NCBI GenBank assembly: GCA_019748135.1
Contig: JAIEPZ010000008.1
Coordinates: 31,453 to 95,452, forward strand
Source: Hyphomicrobiales bacterium
Lineage (GTDB): Bacteria > Pseudomonadota > Alphaproteobacteria > Rhizobiales > UBA4765
Reading direction: 5' to 3'
DNA length: 64,000 nt
The number at the start of each line of letters is the position of its first letter. Positions within the stretch are counted from its first letter, which is position 1. The position numbers and the translations under genes are program-made. The notes beneath the pieces were generated by a model, which was given only the letters and a program-made list of their open reading frames with translations, was not told where the DNA came from and ran no database searches. Below are positions 1 through 9,362 of this stretch, in pieces.

Positions 1-114
1 GTCGGTCTCGGGCGCAATCACCCACACATCATCCGAGAGGGATCTGGCGATGCGCTCCATAGCGCCCAGCCCGTCGGCATGGATGCCGTCGTCATTTGTT
101 ACCAGAATGCGCAA
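1..114 (-). CDS. surE: 5'/3'-nucleotidase SurE, N-terminal fragment (gene runs off the left edge)
   Basis: My translation of the reverse strand from TTG at 114 gives [38 protein letters not shown], the conserved SurE N-terminus (VTNDDG). It lies directly downstream of serS. It is absent from the ORF track because it is truncated. Confidence 0.75.
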   Translation of the reverse strand, partial: MRILVTNDDGIHADGLGAMERIARSLSDDVWVIAPETD

Positions 115-126
115 GGCAGGGCCCTT

Positions 127-1413
127 TCAGGAAGCAGGAATGATCATATCGCGACCGCCCATATACGGTCGCAAAGCCTCGGGAATGGCAATCGAGCCAT
201 CGGCGCGCTGATAGTTTTCCATCACCGCTACCAGGCAACGACCAACCGCCACGCCTGATCCGTTGAGCGTATGCACAAAGCGCGGCGCGCCCTTGCCATC
301 CATCGGACGGTAACGGGCATTCATGCGCCGGGCCTGAAAATCCCCGCAATTCGAGCAGGACGAAATCTCACGATAGGCGTTCTGCCCCGGCAGCCAGACT
401 TCGATGTCGTAGGTTTTGCGCGCCGCAAAACCCATATCACCCGTGCACAGGGTGATGGTACGAAACGGTAGATCGAGGCGGCGCAAGATGGTTTCCGCCG
501 CGTTTAGCATGCGTTCATGCTCGCTGTCCGACTGCTCGGGCGCAGTAATCGACACCAGCTCGACCTTCATGAACTGGTGAACGCGGATCATGCCGCGCGT
601 ATCGCGCCCCGCAGAGCCAGCCTCCGAGCGGAAGCAGGGCGTGTGGGCGGTATAGCGATAGGGCAGCTTCGCCTCGTCCTGGATATCGTCGCGCACATAA
701 TTGGTGACCGATACTTCGGCGGTGGGGGTAAGCCAGAAATCACCACTGACGTGGAACAAATCCTCAGCGAATTTCGGCAGATTTCCCGTGCCATAGGCGG
801 TATGTTGACGGACGAGCAGCGGCGGGTTGGTCTCGGTGTAGCCATGCTCGCTGGTGTGAATATCGAGCATGAACTGGGCAAGCGCCCGCTCCAGCCGCGC
901 GAGCTGGCCTTTCAACACGACGAAGCGGGCGCCGGAAATCTTCGCCGCCGTTTCAAAATCCATCTGGCCAAGGGCTTCGCCCAATTCGAAATGCTGCTTT
1001 GGCGCAAAATCAAACGTCTTCGGCGTTCCCCAGCGGTGGCGCTCGACATTACCGCTTTCGTCGCGCCCATCAGGCACCTCGGCAGCCGGCAGATTGGGAA
1101 TGGCGGCTAACAGGGCGGTGAGTTCGGCCTCAACGCGTCGCTCATCGGCTTCGAGCGCCGGCGTATCCTGCTTCAGAGCAGCCACCTCGTCCATCAGGCT
1201 CCTGGCGCGCGCCTCGTCCCGGGCAGCTTTAGCCGCGCCGATTTCCTTTGATGCGGCGTTGCGCCGCTCCTGTGCTGTTTGCAACCGCGCGATGATGGCG
1301 CGTCGCTCCTCATCAAGGCGCAGAATCTGTGGCGCCAGCGGCGACAGACCTCGTCGCCCGAGAGCCGCGTCGAAGGATGATGGCTGTTCACGAATCGTCT
1401 TGATGTCATGCAT
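127..1413 (-). CDS. serS: Seryl-tRNA synthetase
   Basis: 428-aa ORF. It has an N-terminal coiled-coil arm ([11 protein letters not shown]...) and a class-II core ([47 protein letters not shown]). Confidence 0.95.
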   Translation of the reverse strand: MHDIKTIREQPSSFDAALGRRGLSPLAPQILRLDEERRAIIARLQTAQERRNAASKEIGAAKAARDEARARSLMDEVAALKQDTPALEADERRVEAELTALLAAIPNLPAAEVPDGRDESGNVERHRWGTPKTFDFAPKQHFELGEALGQMDFETAAKISGARFVVLKGQLARLERALAQFMLDIHTSEHGYTETNPPLLVRQHTAYGTGNLPKFAEDLFHVSGDFWLTPTAEVSVTNYVRDDIQDEAKLPYRYTAHTPCFRSEAGSAGRDTRGMIRVHQFMKVELVSITAPEQSDSEHERMLNAAETILRRLDLPFRTITLCTGDMGFAARKTYDIEVWLPGQNAYREISSCSNCGDFQARRMNARYRPMDGKGAPRFVHTLNGSGVAVGRCLVAVMENYQRADGSIAIPEALRPYMGGRDMIIPAS

Positions 1414-1479
1414 GGCAGTATCCTTGATCGCCCACCGCAGGCCGGCAGATCAAGCCCGGCGAATGCCCGATGCCGCTTT

Positions 1480-2292
1480 TCAGGTGGATGATTGACGCAG
1501 CTTCTCAGCCGCAGCGCGGCGCGCCTCGATGATTTTGACGACGTAGATGCTGGCCTCATAGAGAAGCAGTGTCGGCAATGCCAGAATGACCTGGCTGCCG
1601 ACATCGGGGGGCGCCAGCACGGCTGAGGCCGCAAACACACCAACAATCGCGAAACGGCGCTTGTCGCGCAGCCCCTGCGACGTCACCACGCCAACCTGCG
1701 CGAGGAGCGACAAAATGACGGGCAGCTGGAACATCAGCCCGAACGCCATCATGAAGGTCATGAGGAAGCTCAGATAACGCTCGGTCGTGGGCAGCATTTC
1801 AATTGACACGCCGGACAAGGAAGCGCCGCCCAGTTGCTGCATGCTGGCAAAGAAGCGCAGTGCCGCTGGCGCGGCTACAAAATAAACCATCAGGCCGCCC
1901 AGCAGAAAGAAGGCCGGCGTGGCGATCAGATAAGGGCGGAAGGCATTGCGCTCATGGCGGTAAAGCCCGGGCGCGATGAAGGCGTAAAGCTGGTAGAGGA
2001 GAAACGGGCAGCAGATAAAAATGCCGCCAAAGAGCGCAATCTGCAGCTGCGTGAACAGATATTCCGCCGGCCCGGTGAAGACGACGCGCGCGATCTGATC
2101 GCTCGGTAGGGCTCCCTTGTAGGGATAGAGCAACAAGTCGAAAATCGTATTGGCAAAAAAGAAGCAGACGACGACGATGGCCAGCAACACGATAAATGAG
2201 CGCACGATGCGCGAGCGCAACTCCAGGAGATGCGACATCAGTGGAGCGCGCGACGCCTCGATATCGTCCTTGCCATCATCAATAACCGTCAT
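1480..2292 (-). CDS. tatC: Twin-arginine translocase subunit TatC
   Basis: 270-aa polytopic membrane ORF. It starts ...MSHLLELRSRIVRSFI... as TatC proteins typically do, and lies downstream of tatB. Confidence 0.9.
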   Translation of the reverse strand: MTVIDDGKDDIEASRAPLMSHLLELRSRIVRSFIVLLAIVVVCFFFANTIFDLLLYPYKGALPSDQIARVVFTGPAEYLFTQLQIALFGGIFICCPFLLYQLYAFIAPGLYRHERNAFRPYLIATPAFFLLGGLMVYFVAAPAALRFFASMQQLGGASLSGVSIEMLPTTERYLSFLMTFMMAFGLMFQLPVILSLLAQVGVVTSQGLRDKRRFAIVGVFAASAVLAPPDVGSQVILALPTLLLYEASIYVVKIIEARRAAAEKLRQSST

Positions 2293-2356
2293 CGGTGATG
2301 TCTACCTTCTCTGCCCGTGCAGGCGCAAGTCAAACCGCACATCGGTCTGAACCCCG

Positions 2357-2890
2357 CTACGAGGCTTTGGCAGGGCGCGTCGTATCCTCGACCTTGGGAT
2401 CTGCCTGCACCGACGTCTCCATCGAGGGTGCGGGTGCAGAGGGAGGTTCAGAGACAAAGGCCGTCAGATCGAGCGGCGGGGCCGGTTCGACAGGCGGCAA
2501 CATCGTTTCGGTTGGGTCCCTGGCAGCGGGCGACGAAGGCAAGGGGGCGATTGTCTGTCCCGGTGCATCGCCCAGCAACGTCCCGGCCTGTTCGATTTCA
2601 TTCTTGATATTGCGCGTTTCATCAGCAAAACGCGACAACGTCTCGGTCACCTTCTGCACAGGTGACAAATGACGCATATCGCGCACTTCATCGAGCGTCT
2701 TGCGTACATCATCGAGATTGGCATCACGCATGGCATCGTTGAACTGCCCCTGAAATTCGCCAGCCATCTGCCGCGCCTTGTTGATAAGGCGTCCAAGCGA
2801 GCGCATGGCGTCAGGATAGTCCTGCGGCTTCAAAACCAGCAGGGCGATCACGCCAACCAGCAATATTTCGGTCCAGCCGATGCCAAACAT
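2357..2890 (-). CDS. tatB: Twin-arginine translocase subunit TatB
   Basis: MFGIGWTEILLVGVIALLVL... is a TatA/B-type N-terminal TM helix followed by an amphipathic helix, with a long Pro/Ala-rich tail. The ATG at 2890 has a GGAG 11 nt upstream. The ORF-track start at 2902 is a GTG directly abutting that GGAG. Confidence 0.8.
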   Translation of the reverse strand: MFGIGWTEILLVGVIALLVLKPQDYPDAMRSLGRLINKARQMAGEFQGQFNDAMRDANLDDVRKTLDEVRDMRHLSPVQKVTETLSRFADETRNIKNEIEQAGTLLGDAPGQTIAPLPSSPAARDPTETMLPPVEPAPPLDLTAFVSEPPSAPAPSMETSVQADPKVEDTTRPAKAS

Positions 2891-3030
2891 GCGGCAAAAC
2901 ACTCCAGACAGCGCAGCTTTGCTGCAAAATCAGCAAATGCCTTCGAGACACCATGTGAGACATGGCGCGCAAGCAGCCAAAGGTCAATAGAAAGACGTTC
3001 TCCGCAGCGCCCGCAAACAACCATCTGTGA

Positions 3031-3810
3031 TCAGCGTTGCCTGTCGATCGCCGGCGGTTCGCTCGCCGGTGCCGGTTCTTCGTGCACTTCGGCGTCAAAC
3101 TCTTCAGCCGTCCCGTCGTTCAGTGGTTCCAGCTCGTCCATCGCCTCCGAGCCGTCGAGCGGATCCTCATCAGGCGCGAGCGCCGGATCGTCGGTCGGTA
3201 GCGGGATGGCAAAGCCAGCGGGCAGCCGCACATCGATCAGGCCGGTCCCCTTCAATTCGTCAAGGCCGGGCAGATCGCGGATGGCATCGAGCCCGAAATG
3301 AACCAGAAATTGCTCGCTTGTTCCCAGAGTAACCGGTCGTCCGGGCGTGCGTCGGCGGCCACGCATACGTATCCAGCCCGTATCGAGCAGAATGTCGAGA
3401 ATGCCCTTCGAGGTCGCCACGCCACGAATTTCCTCGATCTCGGCGCGCGTCACCGGCTGGTGATAGGCGATGATCGCGAGCGTCTCGATTTGCGCCCGCG
3501 TCAGTTTTTTCACTTCAACCGTTTCATCGCGCAAAAGAACCGCCAGATCATCGGCGGTGCGCAGCATCCATTTTCCGGCAATGCGGCGCAATTGCACGCC
3601 GCGGTGTGCATAGTCGCTGACGAGATCGGCAAGGACCGCGGCAAGGTCAACGCCGTCGGGCATGCGGCTGGCGATTTTCGCCTCGTCCAGCGGCTCTGCG
3701 GCGGCAAACAGCAATGCCTCGGCAACGCGCATCGCCTGTTGATGCGGCGTCACATCGACCGGAGGCTCAAAGAGATCATGAGGATCGAGGCGGCGCCCGG
3801 CATCAGCCAT
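3031..3810 (-). CDS. scpB: Segregation and condensation protein B
   Basis: EALLFAAAEPL...IAYHQPVTRAEIEEIRGV...GRRRTPGRPVTLGTS is an ScpB winged-helix signature. I chose the ATG at 3810, which overlaps the scpA stop by 8 nt. The ORF track extends to 3924. Confidence 0.85.
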   Translation of the reverse strand: MADAGRRLDPHDLFEPPVDVTPHQQAMRVAEALLFAAAEPLDEAKIASRMPDGVDLAAVLADLVSDYAHRGVQLRRIAGKWMLRTADDLAVLLRDETVEVKKLTRAQIETLAIIAYHQPVTRAEIEEIRGVATSKGILDILLDTGWIRMRGRRRTPGRPVTLGTSEQFLVHFGLDAIRDLPGLDELKGTGLIDVRLPAGFAIPLPTDDPALAPDEDPLDGSEAMDELEPLNDGTAEEFDAEVHEEPAPASEPPAIDRQR

Positions 3811-4618
3811 GCGTGTCTTCCTTATGACCATCGGGCTTGTGGCGCCTGACATAAATCGGCCGAAACGCCGCTTCCTGACGTAATTCAACTGTTCCGTCGC
3901 GCGCCATCTCCAACGATGTCGCAAGACTTGATGCCCTTATCGTGGCGCGCTGACCAGGCTCGGCGACATACGCGATCAGATATTCATCAAGACTGGTCCA
4001 CTCGCTTGCCATTCCAATCAGGCGTTCAAGCGCCTGGCGCGCATCAGCGAGCGACCATACCGGTCGGCGCTGCAATGTGACGCGCGCCAGAGCGGTCTTT
4101 GATCGTTGAAACGCGTAGGCTTTCAGGAGATCAACGAGATTTGCGTCCCATTGGCTGGTGATGCTCGCTCGCACCCCTTCCGGCGCGCCACGTGCGAACA
4201 CATCCACGCCCAGGCGATGACGCGCCATCAGCCGGGCACCCGCCTGGCGGATGATATCGAGCCGGCGCAGACGCTCGGTCAGAGATTCCGCCAAATCTTC
4301 GCCCGATGGTTCCCCCTCACCGCGCTTATCAGGCAGCAACAATTTGCTTTTCAGAAAGGCGAGCCAGGCTGCCATCAGCAGATAATCAGCGGCAAGCTCG
4401 ATGCGCAGACGCCGCACCTTGTCGATAAAAATCAGATATTGCTCGGCCAGGGCAAGGATCGACAGACGCTGGAGATCAACTTTCTGCTGGCGCGCCAGAT
4501 CGAGCAGCAGATCAAGCGGCCCTTCATAACCGCCAAGATCAACGACGAGGCGTGGATCGCTTTCCGCTCGCTCTTCGGCCAGATCGATGAGCGCGCTCAT
4601 ATCAGTGCTGTCAGACAT
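3803..4618 (-). CDS. scpA: Segregation and condensation protein A
   Basis: FEGPLDLLLDL-type motif (YEGPLDLLLDLARQQKVDL) followed by LAEQYLIFI. The ATG at 4618 overlaps the nagZ stop by 8 nt. Confidence 0.85.
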   Translation of the reverse strand: MSDSTDMSALIDLAEERAESDPRLVVDLGGYEGPLDLLLDLARQQKVDLQRLSILALAEQYLIFIDKVRRLRIELAADYLLMAAWLAFLKSKLLLPDKRGEGEPSGEDLAESLTERLRRLDIIRQAGARLMARHRLGVDVFARGAPEGVRASITSQWDANLVDLLKAYAFQRSKTALARVTLQRRPVWSLADARQALERLIGMASEWTSLDEYLIAYVAEPGQRATIRASSLATSLEMARDGTVELRQEAAFRPIYVRRHKPDGHKEDTHG

Positions 4619-5681
4619 GGGCGACCCTGCCGGGCGGCGTGGCGGCCGCCACATAGGCATCGGCGGCGCCGACGAGCGCGAGTAATTCGGTGAGCCGTGC
4701 TTCGGCCTGCCGGCGATCAAACGCTTGCGGCGGCTGCAGCCGCGCCATGGCAGCAGCGCAACGGCGTTGCGCCATGCCGGTCAATCGCCCCGCACCTGCC
4801 GCAACAGCCCGCATTTCCTCCATATTGCCGCTGCAATGGAGAACAAGATCGATCCCTGCCTCCCGGCAATCGGCGGCCAGCCCGTCCATCGATCCCGACA
4901 ACGCCTTCATGCCCAGATCATCGCTCATCAGCGCGCCGCGAAAACCGATGTCACCACGAATGATGTTGCTGATCACGTCGGGCGACAGGGTGGCAGTACG
5001 CGCGCCGTCGATGGCGTCATAAATAATATGGGCGGTCATCGCAAACGGGCAATCGGCCAAAGCGGCAAAGGGCAGAAAATCACTTGCGGCGAGCGCATTC
5101 CTGTCGAGCGACACGCGCGGTAACGTAACATGGCTGTCGGCAAGACTGCGGCCATGGCCGGGAATATGTTTGGCAACCGGCAGCACGCCCGAGGCCAGAT
5201 AGGCCTCCATGCTCGCCCGCCCGAGCGCCGCGATCACCGCCGGATCGCCCGACAGAGCCCGGTCGCCGATGATGTCGTGGGCACCGGGGATGGAGAGATC
5301 GAGGCAGGGCGCGCATACGGCGTTGATGCCAAGCGTAGTCAGATCATCGGCGATGAGGCGCGATTGGAGGCGGACGCCTTCAAGCCCCCATTCCGGGCGC
5401 TTGTCATAGAGCACACCGAACCATTTCGCTGCAACAAAGCTGCTCCAGAACGGCTGGCGCAGGCGCTGCACCCTGCCCCCTTCCTGATCGATGAAGATCA
5501 GTGCCTGCTCGTCCTGCAACGTGTCGCGAATGGCCGCGCAAAGTGCGACGACCTCAGCCGGCTGGCCGATATTACGGGCAAACAATATCGTGGCAAAAGG
5601 ACGTGTTTGGCGTAGAAAATCGCGCTCGTCGTCGCGAAGGACTGTACCTGTCAGCCCGGTGATGAAAGCACCCTGATTCAT
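4611..5681 (-). CDS. nagZ: Beta-N-acetylhexosaminidase (GH3, NagZ-like)
   Basis: ILFARNI, FIDQEGGRVQRL and KHIPGHGR are motifs of GH3 NagZ. I prefer the internal ATG at 5681 (MNQGAFITG...). The longest ORF starts at 5744. Confidence 0.85.
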   Translation of the reverse strand: MNQGAFITGLTGTVLRDDERDFLRQTRPFATILFARNIGQPAEVVALCAAIRDTLQDEQALIFIDQEGGRVQRLRQPFWSSFVAAKWFGVLYDKRPEWGLEGVRLQSRLIADDLTTLGINAVCAPCLDLSIPGAHDIIGDRALSGDPAVIAALGRASMEAYLASGVLPVAKHIPGHGRSLADSHVTLPRVSLDRNALAASDFLPFAALADCPFAMTAHIIYDAIDGARTATLSPDVISNIIRGDIGFRGALMSDDLGMKALSGSMDGLAADCREAGIDLVLHCSGNMEEMRAVAAGAGRLTGMAQRRCAAAMARLQPPQAFDRRQAEARLTELLALVGAADAYVAAATPPGRVAHV

Positions 5682-5801
5682 TGCCGCATTAACCGCGTGG
5701 ACGGGCTGATGGTCAAGCTGCCGCGTCAGGCAGCCAATCGCCATCCCCGCCTTTTATCGCGGCCAGACGCCGTTGCAGGGCGATTCAGTTGTCGCAAGCT
5801 G

Positions 5802-6064
5802 GGGTCAGGACCCATTAATTTGGACGAAACGGTGGGAGAGAAATGGCGCGAGGTTGAGGAGCAAGCCTGCAGGAAGTCGTCTGACTTTCAAAGGCTTGCG
5901 ACATAAAGATCGCGTCATTTCACCCCATCCGAAGGACAAGGCACGAATGGCAAACTGGTTCGTCGAAGCCCTCAACCATACCAAGGGGTATGCTTTTCGG
6001 GCTTCTCCTGCCATTTTATCCATTCGTGCCATGCCGTTTTGCCTAAATTAATGGGTCCTGACCC
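5802..6064. repeat. MITE / RIME-like intergenic element with perfect 20-bp terminal inverted repeats
   Basis: gggtcaggacccattaattt (5802-5821) is the exact reverse complement of aaattaatgggtcctgaccc (6045-6064). The interior holds a nested hairpin: an 11-bp stem 5940-5950/6020-6030 (ggcacgaatgg/ccattcgtgcc), a 7-bp stem 5965-5971/5999-6005, and an apical 6-bp stem 5977-5982/5987-5992 with loop aagg. There is no credible coding capacity. Confidence 0.5.
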
Positions 6065-7515
6065 TAGCTCGCGCTCACGACGCAGCTGCCGCCCGCTGCC
6101 TTGTATTTCGTACAAAAATCCGCTGCTTCAGCGCGCGATTGCAAGGGCCCGACACGAACGCGGTAAAAGGTGCCCTTGCTGCCCAGATCGACTTCCTGGA
6201 TGTCGGGTGACTGCCCCGACAGCAGTGAGGGGTAGCGCTTGCGCAGATTGGCGAAGCTCGCCACTGCCTCGTCGCGGCTGCGCTGCGATGAAATCTGCAC
6301 CATGAAGCCTGCCGCATCATTCTGGGCCTGTGGCGCCTGAACAACCGGCGTCCGGCTGGCTGGTGGAGCTTCACGCACCACCGGCTGGGCCAGCGCGGGA
6401 TTAGGCGCCTGAGCCTTGGGCTGGGCAGATGCAATGGTTGGGACGCTGACCACAGCCCCAGGCGGCACGACCGTTGAGGGAAGCGGATTGCCCTGGCCAT
6501 TGCCAAGCCCTGTCGGTGAGCCGGGCAGAGCATGGGTCGTTGTCGTTTGCGGGCGAGCCGCAGCGGCAGGTTCCGAGGGCGGCTTTGTGGGCTCGCTTTC
6601 GAGCGACCCGTCGGGCTTTACCCGGATTGTCGTTGTTGACACCCGGCGTGGCTCGGACAGTTGGGCTGCTGGCGCCGTAGCGCCGGCAGGAGCAGATGGG
6701 CGCGCCGGCAGGCTTGACGCCGGCTGTTCCTCACGCGGGACAAGACGCTCGACTGGCGCTCCCTTTCCTGTTTCGGGCACGCGATCAAAAATGAGTTTGT
6801 TCGATGCCGGGCTTTCGGCAGGCAGTTCGGCGATCACCCGGCTCGGGCGCGGGTCGGCGCGCACAATCACCGGCTCGCCTCCTGCCGATTTCGTGCCCTT
6901 CCATGCAAAAAACGACACGCCGGCCGCCGCAGCCAGACCGACGACAACGAGACCGAGGACGACGATGACGGTACCGAGCCCCTTCACCCGCCGGCCGCGC
7001 CTGGCTGACGCCGGCTCATGCGGCGTCGGCGCTAGCGCGATACCATCATCAAAATGAGGCGCCGCCTCATAGTCAAAATCCGTATCGCGAGCGGGCGCCT
7101 GTGCCGGTTTTGCCGGGCTGGCTGTGGTCAAGTCGCGCTCGATTGCCGAAAATATCGCCTGATCGAGTACTCTTTCCTGCGTTCTTGCGACGGGCGGCGG
7201 CGGCTCTCGTGCCGCAACATCATCCGCCGCAGCGGGACGGGGTTGGCCCTTGCTAAGCGCTGCCTCAAAGGCGGACGCGTCAATTCCAGAAAACAAATCG
7301 TCAAGCGATGGGTCGCGACGGGGCGCTGGCGATGGCTGCGCGCGCTGCATCACGGGGCGTCGCGGATTGATCGGCGCGATGCTGCCGTTCTGACTGAGGG
7401 CGCGCTGCAATTCCTCGAGAGGATCGCTGCTGGCTGAAAACGCGTCGCCTGCCGGCGCCCGCATCTGATTGGGCTGCGGCGTCCAGTTGGTCCGCCTTAG
7501 GTTACTCTCATTCAT
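6064..7515 (-). CDS. SPOR domain-containing protein (Pro-rich, single TM, septal peptidoglycan-binding type)
   Basis: 483-aa ORF with a central TM segment (GLGTVIVVLGLVVVGLAAAAGVSFFAW) and a long Pro/Ala-rich linker. The C-terminus is SPOR-like: GFMVQISSQRSRDEAVASFANLRKRYPSLL...GTFYRVRVGPLQSRAEAADFC. Confidence 0.8.
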   Translation of the reverse strand: MNESNLRRTNWTPQPNQMRAPAGDAFSASSDPLEELQRALSQNGSIAPINPRRPVMQRAQPSPAPRRDPSLDDLFSGIDASAFEAALSKGQPRPAAADDVAAREPPPPVARTQERVLDQAIFSAIERDLTTASPAKPAQAPARDTDFDYEAAPHFDDGIALAPTPHEPASARRGRRVKGLGTVIVVLGLVVVGLAAAAGVSFFAWKGTKSAGGEPVIVRADPRPSRVIAELPAESPASNKLIFDRVPETGKGAPVERLVPREEQPASSLPARPSAPAGATAPAAQLSEPRRVSTTTIRVKPDGSLESEPTKPPSEPAAAARPQTTTTHALPGSPTGLGNGQGNPLPSTVVPPGAVVSVPTIASAQPKAQAPNPALAQPVVREAPPASRTPVVQAPQAQNDAAGFMVQISSQRSRDEAVASFANLRKRYPSLLSGQSPDIQEVDLGSKGTFYRVRVGPLQSRAEAADFCTKYKAAGGSCVVSAS

Positions 7516-7577
7516 CGCTACCGCCTTGCAGTATCACCTGTCGGGCCCACCGGAAGCACACCCAGCGTGAAGCAACG

Positions 7578-9338
7578 CTAGCGCATTTCCTGCGGCGCCG
7601 AGACGCCAAGTATTCCAAGGCCACTTGCCAATACGCATTCGACTGCACGCACCAACGCAAGACGAGCCACGGTCAACAATCTATCATCTGAGTTAATGAA
7701 CCGTAATTGTGGCATGTCTTTGCCGCGACTCCAAAGCCCGTGAAACTGGCTTGCCAGTTCATAGAGATAAAAGGCAATGCGGTGCGGCTCTCTTGCATTG
7801 GCCGCGCTGGCAATCATGCGGGGATAGGCCGCGAGCAGCTTGATCAGACCAAGCTCCTGCGCTTCCGTCAGCCGCGCTACGCGTGCCAGATCAGGAACCG
7901 CATAGGGATCAATGTCGGGCATGATTTCGCGCGCGTTGCGGTAGATGGAGTGGGCGCGCGCATGGGCGTATTGCACATAAAAGACTGGATTATCCTTCGA
8001 TTGCTCGACGACTTTTGCCAGATCGAAATCAAGCGGCGCGTCGCTCTTGCGCATCAGCATCATCAAACGCACGGCGTCACATCCAACTTCGTCGATCACT
8101 TCGCGCAAAGTCACGAACTGCCCCGAGCGCTTGGACATGCGCACAGGCTCACCTGCCCTGAAGAGGCGCACCAGCTGGGTGAGAACGATATCAAGATCAG
8201 CCTTGCCGCCGCTGATTGCTGTCACAGCCGCCTTCATGCGTTTCACATAGCCGCCATGATCAGCGCCCCAGATATCGACCTGCCGGTTGAAGCCACGCCG
8301 ATATTTACTGCGATGATAGGCAATATCGGCCGCGAAATAGGTAAAACCGCCATCGGATTTCAGGAGCGGGCGATCGACATCATCGCCAAAGCGCGTTGAG
8401 GCAAACAGCGTCTGCTCGCGGTCTTCCCACTCCTCGCTCGCCTGGCCCTTGGGCGGCGGCAGGCGCCCGACATAAACCAGGTTCTGCCGGCGCAATTCCT
8501 CAAGCGATTCGCTAATCTGGTCGTCGCGACCGGCGCCGAGCGATTGTTCGGAAAAGTAGACATCATGAACGATGCCGAGCGCTGCCAGATCCTCGCGAAT
8601 GAGGTCCATCATGGCGTCGATCGCGCGCTGTCGGAACAAGGGCAGCCATGCCGATTCGTCGGACGCTGCAGCGAAGCGATCGCCAAAATCACGCGCCAGC
8701 GCTTCGCCGACCGGTATCAGATAATCGCCGGGATAAAGCCCTTCGGGAATGGCATCGATCACCGTCCCTAGCGCCTCGCGGTAGCGCAGATAGACGGAGC
8801 GCGCCAGCACATCGACCTGGGCGCCGGCATCATTGATGTAATACTCTTTGGTAACCGCCTTGCCGGTTCGCGCCAGCAGGGCCGCGATAGCATCGCCCAC
8901 CACGGCGCCACGGCCATGCCCGACATGCATCGGCCCGGTTGGATTCGCCGACACATATTCGACGTTGACCCGGTCATCGGCGTTTAGAGGGGAACTGCCG
9001 AAAGCGTGCGGATTTTGCAGAATATCAACCAGCAGGCGATGCCAGAACGCGTCGCGCAGCGAAAAATTGACAAATCCCGGCCCGGCAATCGTCGCCTCGG
9101 TTACATCGCGGTCCTGCGCAAGTGCTGCAACCAAGCCTTCTGCGATCTCGCGCGGCTTCATCCCGGCAGGCTTGGCCAGAACCATCGCGGCATTCGTCGA
9201 CAAATCACCATGCGCAGCGTCACGCGGCGCTTCAACAGCCACATGATGTAGGTCAATATTTTTTGCAACAATTTCTTTTATAACTGATGCTTGCAAGTGT
9301 TTTTTTATGCGATTTGTAAAGTTATCAAAAACATCCAT
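7578..9338 (-). CDS. argS: Arginyl-tRNA synthetase
   Basis: 586-aa ORF. It has the class-I HIGH region ([16 protein letters not shown]) and the DALR anticodon-binding C-terminus ending ...QEMR. AGGAGA lies 5 nt upstream of the ATG. Confidence 0.95.
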   Translation of the reverse strand: MDVFDNFTNRIKKHLQASVIKEIVAKNIDLHHVAVEAPRDAAHGDLSTNAAMVLAKPAGMKPREIAEGLVAALAQDRDVTEATIAGPGFVNFSLRDAFWHRLLVDILQNPHAFGSSPLNADDRVNVEYVSANPTGPMHVGHGRGAVVGDAIAALLARTGKAVTKEYYINDAGAQVDVLARSVYLRYREALGTVIDAIPEGLYPGDYLIPVGEALARDFGDRFAAASDESAWLPLFRQRAIDAMMDLIREDLAALGIVHDVYFSEQSLGAGRDDQISESLEELRRQNLVYVGRLPPPKGQASEEWEDREQTLFASTRFGDDVDRPLLKSDGGFTYFAADIAYHRSKYRRGFNRQVDIWGADHGGYVKRMKAAVTAISGGKADLDIVLTQLVRLFRAGEPVRMSKRSGQFVTLREVIDEVGCDAVRLMMLMRKSDAPLDFDLAKVVEQSKDNPVFYVQYAHARAHSIYRNAREIMPDIDPYAVPDLARVARLTEAQELGLIKLLAAYPRMIASAANAREPHRIAFYLYELASQFHGLWSRGKDMPQLRFINSDDRLLTVARLALVRAVECVLASGLGILGVSAPQEMR

Positions 9339-9362
9339 ATCCGTCTCCTGCGGCGAGGCTCG

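Noticed and set aside
5773-6051. ORFs of 92 aa (plus strand) and 75 aa (minus strand, 5805-6032) inside the inverted-repeat element.
   Set aside because: They run through the palindromic arms, have no RBS and no motifs. The region is better explained as a non-coding repeat.
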